Positions 8,997 through 19,142 of a stretch of DNA of 33,173 nt are shown one piece after another. The stretch is taken from sequence record SRR22947727_805; one strand, given 5' to 3'. The notes under the pieces are model-generated. The model ran no database searches, was not told where the DNA came from, and saw nothing but the letters and a program-made list of their open reading frames with translations. Every line of letters starts with the position of its first letter. Positions within the stretch are counted from its first letter, which is position 1. Position numbers and translations under genes: made by a program.

Positions 8997-10275
8997 CAGA
9001 ATTTTTTTTTACTAATGAATTCAATTTCCATATTGGAAGTTCTTTTTCACTACAAGAAATATTAGTAAATGCCCAACCTTCTTGTGAATGCTCACCATTC
9101 TTGTGAGCAACAAATTCAATTTCATTGTCAATTTCCACAGTTATTTCCCCCCATTTAATTTTGAGATTTTTATCTTCTGAGTCCATTATAAATGTTGAAA
9201 AAACAACATTTTTATTAATTTGATCAATATATCCAAAAGCATTACATAATATGTTATCATCATTATCAATAATTTTAGCATCATTTAAAAAATTACAAAT
9301 TTTTTCAAAATTTTCAAAATCATCACATTTAATTTTAAAATCTCTTGTCATTAAAGGGTCAACAATAAATTCAAAATTAAAAAAATTTTTTAATAATTCT
9401 TTATGATTTTTAAATCGCCAATATGTTTTTTTTTTTTTATAAGCTTTTTGAGTCAATGCAGTTATGAACCATATTTCAGATTTATCTCTAAAAGTTTTGA
9501 AAAATCGTTTAAAACAATTATCATAAATTTTCAGCACTCTTAATATTTCATCATCTTTTCTTTCAATGTTCTCATTATCTTCATCTTTAATAAATTGACT
9601 ATTCATCATAAATCTATGCTGAATATGTGCTAATCCATTTAAAAAAACCATAGAGAAATCTAAATTTTCTTTTACAGATCTTTTAATTGCATAATTGAAG
9701 AAAAAATAATCAAAATATCCCACTAAGGAAGCTCTGTCTTTTTTAAAAAATGATAAGATTGATAAGAATATTATTTTTATTTTATGAGAGTTATTAGGAA
9801 AACCTATCATTAAAATTATTCCAATGATTGAGGACATGGATATTTGAAATCTATTATTTGAATTTATAAGTTGCTCTATTGCTTTATAAACAAATTTGCT
9901 AGAGATAGAATTGTCATTTTTATTTCTAGACCAAGGGTCTGATATAAAAATATTAAATTTATCATTATATGATAAATTCATTGATCCAAAACAGCCTACT
10001 CTTTGACTCTTTGATATGTCATCAACAAAGTTTTCTTCTTTAATATTTTTTGAGTCACCAAGATGAAAAACCTGATGATCTTTATAACTTTTAGCAGAAT
10101 AAAAAGAATACCACTGAATCCATGGCTCAAGTTTACTATATTCATTTTCCGAAGTAGTTTTAATCATTGATTTAAAATTTAAAATTTCTAAAAGACCATC
10201 TAGCTTATATTTGATTGAATATTTTTTGATTAAATCAAAATTCGCTTCATTAAATTGAACTATAATTTTTTTCAT
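8986..10275 (-). CDS. Conserved polysaccharide-cluster protein, probable alkaline phosphatase/NPP-like fold
   Basis: FNEANFDL, LEPWIQW, HQVFHLGD, FISDPW, FLNGLAHIQH and C-terminal NGEHSQEG, a motif order resembling AP-superfamily phosphodiesterases; function uncertain. Confidence 0.5.
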   Translation of the reverse strand: MKKIIVQFNEANFDLIKKYSIKYKLDGLLEILNFKSMIKTTSENEYSKLEPWIQWYSFYSAKSYKDHQVFHLGDSKNIKEENFVDDISKSQRVGCFGSMNLSYNDKFNIFISDPWSRNKNDNSISSKFVYKAIEQLINSNNRFQISMSSIIGIILMIGFPNNSHKIKIIFLSILSFFKKDRASLVGYFDYFFFNYAIKRSVKENLDFSMVFLNGLAHIQHRFMMNSQFIKDEDNENIERKDDEILRVLKIYDNCFKRFFKTFRDKSEIWFITALTQKAYKKKKTYWRFKNHKELLKNFFNFEFIVDPLMTRDFKIKCDDFENFEKICNFLNDAKIIDNDDNILCNAFGYIDQINKNVVFSTFIMDSEDKNLKIKWGEITVEIDNEIEFVAHKNGEHSQEGWAFTNISCSEKELPIWKLNSLVKKNSVDH

Positions 10276-10367
10276 TAATATATGATTTTTTAATTATCAT
10301 TTATATATATATATTATTTAAATTATAATTTATAAAAAAAATTGTTAAAAGTGAATTATTTAATCTA

Positions 10368-11405
10368 ATGCAAAATTCTAAAGTAAAATTATTGTTTTAT
10401 GCTCCTGTGGATGAAAAGTATTTGAAAAATTGGGAATTTTACAAACCTGATATTGATGTTTTAAAAAAGATAACTCAATTAAAAGTAACAAATACTTTTT
10501 TTCAATTTTTGAAATATTTTTTTTACAATGATTATATATATTGTGTTTGGTGGGGAAGATCATTTCCTGCAATTCTAATTTCAAAAATTTTTAGAAAAAA
10601 AATTTTTTGTTCAGGAGCAATTCACTTTGAAGACAAATCTGGTGAAAGAACATGGTATAATTCATCTATACTAAATAAGTTAACTAATTATCTCTCTTTA
10701 AAATTATGTAATAAGAATATTTTTGTTTCAAAGTTTCAACAAAAACAATTTAAGAAACATTTGAATATAACTAATGGTTTTCTAATTAAATTAAAACTCA
10801 GTATGAGATTAGATAAAATTAAAAATAAAATTAAAAAGAAAAATAAAAAGAAAAAATTAATACTTACTACTATTTTGTGGCACACAAGATCCAGCTATAA
10901 AAGAAAAGGTTTTTATGAAACTTTAGATGCAATTGAAAAATTAAATAAAACAAACATAAATTTTGAATTTAATGTTATTGGTGCTAATGGTAATGGCTTG
11001 AATAAACTTCAAGAATTATTAGATAAAAAAAAACTCAGAGAAGTTGTAAAAATTTATGTCAACTCTAGTTTTAATGAAAAAGTAAAAATTCTAAAGCAAA
11101 CTCACTTATATATACAGCCTTCTTATTGCGAGTCTTTTGGCTATGCAGTACTTGAGGCGTCTGCATGTAACACTTTATCATTGATATCAAAAAATAATGC
11201 TTTAAGGGAAATTATAAATGAGTTCGGATTTATTACAAAAAAAGTAAATTCACAAAGTATTTACTATTCAATACTAAATTATTATAAAATTAGTTTAAAA
11301 GATGAAAAATTGATGATTTCTAAGCTACAGGATCATGTAAGAAAAAATTATTCAATATTTAAACATAAAATAGAAATTCAAAATTTGTTGAAATCAGTTC
11401 ATTAA
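10368..11405 (+). CDS. Glycosyltransferase family 4 (GT-B)
   Basis: RKG motif and YIQPSYCESFGYAVLEASAC (E-x7-E). Confidence 0.88.
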   Translation: MQNSKVKLLFYAPVDEKYLKNWEFYKPDIDVLKKITQLKVTNTFFQFLKYFFYNDYIYCVWWGRSFPAILISKIFRKKIFCSGAIHFEDKSGERTWYNSSILNKLTNYLSLKLCNKNIFVSKFQQKQFKKHLNITNGFLIKLKLSMRLDKIKNKIKKKNKKKKLILTTILWHTRSSYKRKGFYETLDAIEKLNKTNINFEFNVIGANGNGLNKLQELLDKKKLREVVKIYVNSSFNEKVKILKQTHLYIQPSYCESFGYAVLEASACNTLSLISKNNALREIINEFGFITKKVNSQSIYYSILNYYKISLKDEKLMISKLQDHVRKNYSIFKHKIEIQNLLKSVH

Positions 11406-11494
11406 AAGCAATTAAAACATGAGCCATTTAAAATATATTTGTTTACAATTTAAAAACTTGTTTATAAGTATTTTAATTATATTAAGTTTATGAA

Positions 11495-12367
11495 ATGATT
11501 AGTTATATTTTTAAAATTTTTTCAAAAAGTATTGTTAAAGGTGCTATGTATTTTTTATTTTCATTTGTTCTATTATTAATTCCATTAAATATTGGGAAAA
11601 AAAATTTAGATAAAATCCATACAACAATTGTTATTTATTCAGAAGTACAAGGAGAATATATTAAATATGCAGAATCTATATTATTATGGGAAAGAATCTT
11701 TAGTGATACAATACGATCTATACATCACAAAATTCATGTTTTGAAAGAAAACAGATCCATGATGTCAAATTTTAATGATGATGTAGTTAAAAAAGTTTTT
11801 TCAGATATTATAATTACAAATAGTAATTTAGATGAAGAAAAAATAAAACCAAATTATTTCAATAATCTAAATCTTTGGACAGACGCTGATAAACAAAGGT
11901 ATTTAAGATATGAAATAAATTATAATAAAGATCAAACTGATAATGTTAAAGAATTGTTAGAAATATTTAATAATTCATTTAAAAATTTAATACAAAAAAA
12001 TGTAAGAACCATCACCACTAGTAAAATTGAAACTATTAAAAGAAATGAAAAAATTATGATGGATGAGAAATTAAATATGTTAAATAATACTCGTTTATTA
12101 AATGATTCTGCAAACTTTCAAATAAATATTGACTATAACTTCAAAAATGGCGACATTGATCCAAAAATATTGCAATTAGATGCACAAAGATTTTTCGTAG
12201 ACATTAATAAAAAAGAACTTGATAATCTTTTTCGAATAAAAGTGGAAACAAAAAATTATGACTGGTTTAGATCTAGACAGTATTATCTTGGATATATATT
12301 AATAATAATAATTTCAATTCTTGTATCAATATTTTTTACATCTAATAAAACTAAAAAAAAATTATAA
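11495..12367 (+). CDS. Membrane protein with Wzz (chain-length determinant)-like topology
   Basis: Hydrophobic helix near each terminus (AMYFLFSFVLLLIPL; YYLGYILIIIISILVSIFF) flanking a helical hydrophilic domain; no clear PxxP motif, so call is topological only. Confidence 0.45.
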   Translation: MISYIFKIFSKSIVKGAMYFLFSFVLLLIPLNIGKKNLDKIHTTIVIYSEVQGEYIKYAESILLWERIFSDTIRSIHHKIHVLKENRSMMSNFNDDVVKKVFSDIIITNSNLDEEKIKPNYFNNLNLWTDADKQRYLRYEINYNKDQTDNVKELLEIFNNSFKNLIQKNVRTITTSKIETIKRNEKIMMDEKLNMLNNTRLLNDSANFQINIDYNFKNGDIDPKILQLDAQRFFVDINKKELDNLFRIKVETKNYDWFRSRQYYLGYILIIIISILVSIFFTSNKTKKKL

Positions 12368-12381
12368 ACTTAATTATAATA

Positions 12382-13566
12382 TTATCTAAGACTTAAATTT
12401 ATAATAAATTTGGAATAATCATTCATAATTTTATTTCTATTATATTTTTTTAGTTTTGATCTATTATTTTTTAATGAAATTGGTAATTTTTTTTTAATTT
12501 TATTAATTGTTTTTATAAAACTCAGATGATCACATGAATTAAAAAAAAATACATTATCAAATTTTGAAATAAATTTTTTTGTATATCCAGAAACACCACA
12601 TAATATTGGTTTATTAAATGAAAGATATTCAAATATTTTCGATGGTATAACATTTTCAAGAGCCTTGTAATCATTTAAGTGTAACAACAATATATCTGCT
12701 TGTTTATAATAATAAATTAATTTATTTTGACTCATCGGTTTCAAAATTTTGATATTTTTTAGTTTAAGTTTATTTATCTTATCTATTAAAAGTTTTTTTT
12801 TCCCTCCGTCTCCTATAATTAAAAAATCAACTTTTGATTCGATTTTTGAAATATTAGGTATTATCTTATGTAATCCCTGGCCATCTCCAATATTTCCAAC
12901 ATACAATACTTTTTTTATTTCTCTAAGTCTTTTTGGATTTTTATCTAAATTTTTTAAAAAAATTTGATCTAAACCATTTGAAAAATATGTGGCACTTTTC
13001 AATTTTATCTTATTTTTATCTATATAATTTTGAAATCCTTTTGAAACTAAATTTACTGAGCAAGCACCCTCTAATATTTTTTTTTCTAATTTTCTAATAA
13101 AATTAATCAAATAATTCTTAAACAGAATATTTGTAAATATTTCATTTACATTATCACTAAAGATGTCTCTAAGATCAATAAGATATCTATATTTTAAAAT
13201 AAATTTTGGTAAATAAGCAGATAAACCAGAAATCAGTCTAGCAGTAGATGATATACAAATATCTGGTTTAATTTTAAGCACTAAAATGAAGGAGTTTAAG
13301 AAATAAATTAAGCCACTTAATGATTTTAGAAAAATTTTTTCCTTATGATTAGGGACTTTGATTTTATAAAATTTTACTCTTTTATCATCTATTTTATTAT
13401 GTGATCCTTTTGGTTTAATATCGTATCTATTGGGCGTAGCTGAAATGACAAAAATTTTATCATCTCTGTTTGTATTTTTTAAAATTGTTTTTAGGAGTGT
13501 ATAGGATCTAAATGATCCTGCCCCTATATCTGGAGGAAAATAATAACTTATAAAAAGATATTTCAT
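12382..13566 (-). CDS. Glycosyltransferase family 4, WbuB-like
   Basis: SYYFPPDIGAGSFR, DLRDIF, YVGNIGDGQGL, IGDGG and VIPSKIFEY motifs. Confidence 0.9.
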   Translation of the reverse strand: MKYLFISYYFPPDIGAGSFRSYTLLKTILKNTNRDDKIFVISATPNRYDIKPKGSHNKIDDKRVKFYKIKVPNHKEKIFLKSLSGLIYFLNSFILVLKIKPDICISSTARLISGLSAYLPKFILKYRYLIDLRDIFSDNVNEIFTNILFKNYLINFIRKLEKKILEGACSVNLVSKGFQNYIDKNKIKLKSATYFSNGLDQIFLKNLDKNPKRLREIKKVLYVGNIGDGQGLHKIIPNISKIESKVDFLIIGDGGKKKLLIDKINKLKLKNIKILKPMSQNKLIYYYKQADILLLHLNDYKALENVIPSKIFEYLSFNKPILCGVSGYTKKFISKFDNVFFFNSCDHLSFIKTINKIKKKLPISLKNNRSKLKKYNRNKIMNDYSKFIINLSLR

Positions 13567-13576
13567 TCTTTCAATT

Positions 13577-14752
13577 CTACTTATTAAAAGTATCTATTCT
13601 TTTATATGAAAGTAGAGAAAAATAGAAAGATAATATAATTGCGGTATATAAATGTGTAATCGGTAGTAACAATAAAGAAATAATTAAAATATAAATTGTA
13701 AAACTAAATGTATATTCTGGATTTTTTTCAAATGAATTATCAAGAATTATTTTAAAATGGTAAAATATATAAATAGAAAGAATTCCATACCAATTATAAA
13801 TTTCAATAAATTGATTATGAAAACTTTCACTAACATTCCCCATATGTTGAGGTAGTAAAAAATTATTAATATTTAAATATTTTGTAAATTCTATAATCTC
13901 GATCATCCTATAGGCCGCTGTATTAGCTGTGGCAATATTTGTGTTTATAATAGAAAATGAAAAAACTATAAATAAGTATAAACAAAATATTATTCCTAAA
14001 CTACTATAAAATTTTAATTTACTTTGAAAAACATTAATTCTTAAAAAATTTGATGACCATGTTATGATTGATAAAAAAAGCATAACAAGAAAAGACATTT
14101 GAATCGTGCGTGATTGAGATAAATATAATACGAGAATCGATACAATAAAATAAAACGCAACCAAATGAAAGTTGCTATCTCGAAAAAAATATTTGAGTGA
14201 AAATATTAACATTGGAAGAAAAATCAATGGATAGTAATCATAAAATGAATAAATCTGAAAATTACTAAATAAAAAACCTGATTGATTTCCAGCTAAAATT
14301 GAAATTGAATTAATTAAAAGTATTAAAGAAATTATATAAAATAATATTTTTATATAATTATCAAATATGATGTTGATATTTATTGTTTTATGAAATCTAA
14401 TAAAAATATAGTAACTATTAAAAAATATTGTTAAACCTAAAAATTGTTTAAACAATCTAAACTCTATATTTTCTCGAATATATAAGCTAATAAGTAACGG
14501 AAGAAGTAATACAATATTTAACAAAACTAATTTATTTTCTAATTTAAATGGCTTAGAAAAAATAAAAATTAAAAATAAAGCTATAGCATTTAATGGAAAG
14601 ACCAAGATATCAGCACCACGACTTATTCTTACGTCAAATTTTCCTAAGACATCAAAATAAATTTTTGATCCATCTAAACCAATAAAAATTGGAGTAAAAA
14701 CCAATAAGCAGAATAATAATTTTGAATTTTTAATTAATAATTTCATAAGCAA
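13577..14752 (-). CDS. Putative O-antigen polymerase (Wzy)/ligase-like membrane protein
   Basis: About 10 hydrophobic segments, LSQSRT and SFHNQFIEIYNWYGI (Wzy_C-like His motif); alternative ATG at 14746. Confidence 0.65.
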   Translation of the reverse strand: MLMKLLIKNSKLLFCLLVFTPIFIGLDGSKIYFDVLGKFDVRISRGADILVFPLNAIALFLIFIFSKPFKLENKLVLLNIVLLLPLLISLYIRENIEFRLFKQFLGLTIFFNSYYIFIRFHKTININIIFDNYIKILFYIISLILLINSISILAGNQSGFLFSNFQIYSFYDYYPLIFLPMLIFSLKYFFRDSNFHLVAFYFIVSILVLYLSQSRTIQMSFLVMLFLSIITWSSNFLRINVFQSKLKFYSSLGIIFCLYLFIVFSFSIINTNIATANTAAYRMIEIIEFTKYLNINNFLLPQHMGNVSESFHNQFIEIYNWYGILSIYIFYHFKIILDNSFEKNPEYTFSFTIYILIISLLLLPITHLYTAIILSFYFSLLSYKRIDTFNK

Positions 14753-16112
14753 TACTTTTCCTGCTAGAACCCAAACTATAATTTAGTTGTGATTTAAAGA
14801 TCTGTCTTCTTCCTTTCTGATTATAATTTTTATCATCTAAATATATATTTACATATTTTCTAAATTGGTCATAATTTTTAACATAAGTTACACCTTTTAA
14901 CTTTTTAATAATTTTCATATGTGACCACATATCAACATACGCTTCTTGATTACAATAAATACAATTTTTTTTATGGAAATTTATAAGAGGATTAATAACA
15001 GGTTTATCAAAATAAATGGCGTCCAATATGGTGGTTGAATAAAAACTAATTATAATATCACTGTGGTTTATTAAGTTTCCAAACAAAAATAAATCTTTTT
15101 TAAAATTACCAATTTCATTATAAGATTTTGCTGTAAAAGAGTTTGGTGGTTTTTCCATTTTAATATTATTAAATTTTTTAAATTTATTAAAATTAAAATT
15201 ACCTGCGGGATGAGATCTAAACCATAATTGTGTTTTTTTATTAAATTCATTTTTATGTGACATTGAAGCAATTTTGTGAATTATATCCTCTATATGGGGA
15301 ACATACTGATCTGATGGACCAAAAATAGTAATAAGTTTTTTTTTAGTATCAAGATTATTTTTATTAAAAAAAAATTTTTTTGTTTGTGGTTGAAAATTGT
15401 TAAAATCTTCAAGATTAGGTAGGCCTATTACTTTCACATCTTTATCTTTATATTCATAAATATACTTCGCTTGTTTTTTTAAAGTATTATTCCAAACTAA
15501 TAATTTTTTAAAATCATATGGCATTTTAAATTTACTTGTTAAATTGTCCCAACTGTGAATGAGAGCAATTTTTTTTAAATTAAATAAATTTGAAAATAAT
15601 TGCAGAGGAAAATCAATATTAGCAAAAGGATGTGCTGTAAAAAAAATTTGGGGTTTATATTTTAAAAATATAAAAACATAATTTGGATAAAAAATAATTG
15701 TCATAAAAAATCTCAGAGCTTTTAAGATTTTTATAATCATCTCATTGGATAATAAATTTAAAATCTTATTATTTAAAAATTTAAATGGTTTTATAACCTC
15801 ATTTGAACAATTATTAGAATGCATTTTTTTGAAAGTTTCTAAAGTTAAAATTTTTTTTTTTTTTAAAAGTTTGATTGTTGTTAAATTATTAATCAGAAAA
15901 TTTATCAAATTTAAGAAAATATTAATTTTATGATATTGGTAGTATTTTATATTTTTTTTGTTAATAAATTTAAAAAAAAGACTTTTATTTTTTTTCATTG
16001 GTGAGAAAATAATTAAATTAAAATTCTTGAACTCATCAATAAATTTTTTATCAATTAGATTTTTAATTGACATTGCATATGGTAAACTTAAAATTATAGT
16101 CTTTTTTTTCAT
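14730..16112 (-). CDS. GT-B protein, CDP-glycerol glycerophosphotransferase-like; candidate ulosonic acid transferase
   Basis: HSWDNLTSK, VWN, IGLP, FRSHP and STTILDAIYFDKPVI motifs; the HP and ST motifs are typical of CMP/CDP-donor GT-B enzymes. Confidence 0.6.
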   Translation of the reverse strand: MKKKTIILSLPYAMSIKNLIDKKFIDEFKNFNLIIFSPMKKNKSLFFKFINKKNIKYYQYHKINIFLNLINFLINNLTTIKLLKKKKILTLETFKKMHSNNCSNEVIKPFKFLNNKILNLLSNEMIIKILKALRFFMTIIFYPNYVFIFLKYKPQIFFTAHPFANIDFPLQLFSNLFNLKKIALIHSWDNLTSKFKMPYDFKKLLVWNNTLKKQAKYIYEYKDKDVKVIGLPNLEDFNNFQPQTKKFFFNKNNLDTKKKLITIFGPSDQYVPHIEDIIHKIASMSHKNEFNKKTQLWFRSHPAGNFNFNKFKKFNNIKMEKPPNSFTAKSYNEIGNFKKDLFLFGNLINHSDIIISFYSTTILDAIYFDKPVINPLINFHKKNCIYCNQEAYVDMWSHMKIIKKLKGVTYVKNYDQFRKYVNIYLDDKNYNQKGRRQIFKSQLNYSLGSSRKSIAYEIIN

Positions 16113-16117
16113 TTTGA

Positions 16118-17395
16118 TCAGTTTGGTAATTTTTTTTCGATAAATTTAATATCTGATTTATGATAATGTTTTTCTACTCTATATCTATAATCAATATAAA
16201 ATTTTGATTTGTTAATTTTTTTTTTTTTATTTTTCAAATAAATAAAATCATGAATAAAATAATCAAATTTTACAAATATAAAATATTTAATTATTTGTTT
16301 CATTTCAAATAATTTACTTAGTTTACTTTCTCTTTTATAATCCAATTTTTCTAAGCTATCAGTGATAATTTTAATTGAATCAAGCTTATTATTTTTAAAT
16401 CTAAAGTCTTCTAATAAAGTCACATCTAATTGATTTTTTTTCATTTTTTTAAAAATCTTTAAAAATTTTTTAAAATCTTCAAAATTTTTAATAGTTGGAT
16501 ATTTTACTTTTTCACCCTTAAGGGTTGTGTGCCATGGATCATTTTTTAGTGATAAATTAATTATAAATTTATTTAGTATTGAAGCTTCAGTTAAAGTGTG
16601 GCAATTTCTTCCAATAATAATATCTGATTGCTCAATTACACCTTCTATATAATCTCCAACTGAGATTTTAAAATTTTTTTCAGAATGCTCAAAATTTTTA
16701 ATCCACATATCTGGCTTTTCATATGGATGAATTTTTAAAATTATATTTAAATTAGAATATTTTGTAATTAATTTTTTAAGAAAGTTAATACAACTCTTTC
16801 TGTGCTTAGACTCTTTTAACGCTAAATCTTTATTTATTTCATGTTTAAAAGTATCATTTGGAAAATCATGATAATCAGCTCCTAGAAAGTTTGAAACAAA
16901 TAAAATATTTATTTTATTTTTTTTCTTATAATTTTTAGTTAATTTTTTTCTAAAATTTTTATATTTTTTTGTATAACTAATTAATCTATGGAATCCTGAA
17001 TAAATAACTTTTACATTACTATTTTTATTAAACTTTTTTGTTAAATTAAAAATTTTTTTTCTCCATGCAAAAATAATATCTAGATGTTCATATCCAAAAT
17101 TGTTTCCATGAGCTAACTCTATTTTTGCTTTATCTATAAATGGATTTCCTTCAGAGGGTAAACTTACAACATTACATCCAAATTTTTTAAGATTTAATGA
17201 AATATTTTTCCACTCCTTAGTAAGCACTTGTGTTAAAATAACAGTATCTACTTTTTTTTTTATTGCTACGGGTAGCTCCATACCGTTTCTACAAAAAAAA
17301 ACCTTACTGCCTTTTTTTTCTAGTTTTTTCTTAATTATTAAAAGTGAAATAAGGTCTCTAAGTTTATGATCAACCATAAACAAAAAAATTTTCAT
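16118..17395 (-). CDS. Surface carbohydrate biosynthesis protein (GT-B-like); candidate ulosonic acid transferase
   Basis: N-terminal KLRDL, PSEG, FAW, SGFHR, VSNF, KIHPYE and CHTLTEASILNK motifs. Confidence 0.55.
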   Translation of the reverse strand: MKIFLFMVDHKLRDLISLLIIKKKLEKKGSKVFFCRNGMELPVAIKKKVDTVILTQVLTKEWKNISLNLKKFGCNVVSLPSEGNPFIDKAKIELAHGNNFGYEHLDIIFAWRKKIFNLTKKFNKNSNVKVIYSGFHRLISYTKKYKNFRKKLTKNYKKKNKINILFVSNFLGADYHDFPNDTFKHEINKDLALKESKHRKSCINFLKKLITKYSNLNIILKIHPYEKPDMWIKNFEHSEKNFKISVGDYIEGVIEQSDIIIGRNCHTLTEASILNKFIINLSLKNDPWHTTLKGEKVKYPTIKNFEDFKKFLKIFKKMKKNQLDVTLLEDFRFKNNKLDSIKIITDSLEKLDYKRESKLSKLFEMKQIIKYFIFVKFDYFIHDFIYLKNKKKKINKSKFYIDYRYRVEKHYHKSDIKFIEKKLPN

Positions 17396-17399
17396 GGAA

Positions 17400-19142
17400 T
17401 TATTCTTCTATTAATTGGTAATTAGTTAAATTATATACTTTCGAACAATGCATTAAACTTGATTCACGATGAGCAACCATGATTATTGTGTGATTTTTTG
17501 AGATTTGCATGAGATTATTAATTATTTTTGATTCAGTTTTATTATCTAAAGAACTTGTAGCCTCATCTAAAATAATTAATGGCTTAGGATCGTACATAGC
17601 TCTTGCAAAACCCAATCTTTGTTTTTGACCACCTGATATTCTGGCTCCTCTTTCTCCAATAATTGTTTGTTGTCCTTTTTCTAAATTATTGATAAATTCA
17701 CCTATCTCACTGATACTAATAGCTTTAATAAATTTATTGTTATCATCACTAAGTTCATCTCTATGAAAAATTATATTATTTTTAATCGTATCATCTAACA
17801 AATAAATATCTTGGGGTACATAAGAGATACTATTGTACCAATCATTTTTTATGTCTTGAATAGAAATTCCATCAATTAAAATTGACCCTTTATCTGGAGA
17901 ACTTAAACCCATCAAAATTTCTAAAAATGTACTTTTGCCAGCCCCCGTGACCCCCTTTATGCCAATAAAATCTCCTTTTTTAATTTTAAATTCACTAAAG
18001 TCTAAAATTTTTTTTCCGTAAGAAACATAAATATTTTTTAATTCTATATTTTCAAAATTTACTTGTGATGATCTTGGATTATTATTTATTTCATCTATAA
18101 AAGAATTATCATTTATGATATCCATGTAGTTTAAAAAATTTACACTTCCTGCGGTTAAAGCTTGAAGAGACATAAACATTTTATTAATTATTGGCAACAT
18201 TCTGAATAATGCAAAGCCAAACACTGAAATTAATTTAACCGTTTCAATTTTATCAATATCAGCAATTAAAGATATGAAGATCACTAAAATTAAAACTAAC
18301 AAGCCTAAAAATTCTAATGCATTTTTGGTCAATAGTGGCAAGTATGTATTTTTTGTATGCGCTTGATTTGCTTTTATAGCAGTATGCATTGCAATATTTA
18401 GAAACTCATTTGTTTTTTGAACTAACTTAATTTCTTTAATTGCTCCAAAAATTTGTTGAATATTTTTAATCCAATTACCATCATTTAATTGTTGGCTAAA
18501 ACTACTTCTAGTTAATATTTTATAAGTTAGAAATTTCATACATAAAAATAATAATACAACTAGTACTAATAAAATTAAAAAAACTTTAGCATCATAAATA
18601 AAAAGATAGATGATAAAAAAAAAAATAATGATTGAACTTACAAAAAGAGTTATTACCGGATTAAGCACTCTAGAAAGCATAAAGCTAACTTCTGAAGTTA
18701 GGTTTCTAACTAAAACAGAAGTGTTTTCTTTTTTAAAAAATTTTACGTTATTATATAAATATTTTTCTAGTAATCTTTTTTGCAAAATATTTTTAATTAT
18801 AAAAACTAATTTTGTTTGATAAATAACCAAAAAACAATCATATAAAAATTTAAATACTGAAAAACAAATTAAAAAATAAATAATATAATTAAAGTTGAAT
18901 GATTTATCTTGAAGAAATGACATATCTATAAAAGGATCTAAAAAATCAATGCTATTACCAATTCCATTATCGTTTATAAAAAAGTCAACAAAAATTGGAA
19001 TAAGAGACAATAAAAAAATCTCCATAAAAGCTCCAATTAAAACTAAAGGGAATAATATAAAAATTTTCCTTTTTGTAATTTTATCAATAATATTAAAAAA
19101 ACTTACAATTAGTTTACTTGTTATGGTTGAACTCTCTACCAA
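17400..19142 (-). CDS. ABC transporter fused permease/ATPase, PglK/Wzk-like lipid-linked glycan flippase
   Basis: TM domain with IKEIKL and FRMLP; Walker A GVTGAGKST, Q-loop YVPQ, signature ISGGQKQR, Walker B ILDEATSSLD, H-loop VAHR. Start placed at TTG 19142, preceded by GGAGG; the ORF track extends to 19190. Confidence 0.88.
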   Translation of the reverse strand: MVESSTITSKLIVSFFNIIDKITKRKIFILFPLVLIGAFMEIFLLSLIPIFVDFFINDNGIGNSIDFLDPFIDMSFLQDKSFNFNYIIYFLICFSVFKFLYDCFLVIYQTKLVFIIKNILQKRLLEKYLYNNVKFFKKENTSVLVRNLTSEVSFMLSRVLNPVITLFVSSIIIFFFIIYLFIYDAKVFLILLVLVVLLFLCMKFLTYKILTRSSFSQQLNDGNWIKNIQQIFGAIKEIKLVQKTNEFLNIAMHTAIKANQAHTKNTYLPLLTKNALEFLGLLVLILVIFISLIADIDKIETVKLISVFGFALFRMLPIINKMFMSLQALTAGSVNFLNYMDIINDNSFIDEINNNPRSSQVNFENIELKNIYVSYGKKILDFSEFKIKKGDFIGIKGVTGAGKSTFLEILMGLSSPDKGSILIDGISIQDIKNDWYNSISYVPQDIYLLDDTIKNNIIFHRDELSDDNNKFIKAISISEIGEFINNLEKGQQTIIGERGARISGGQKQRLGFARAMYDPKPLIILDEATSSLDNKTESKIINNLMQISKNHTIIMVAHRESSLMHCSKVYNLTNYQLIEE

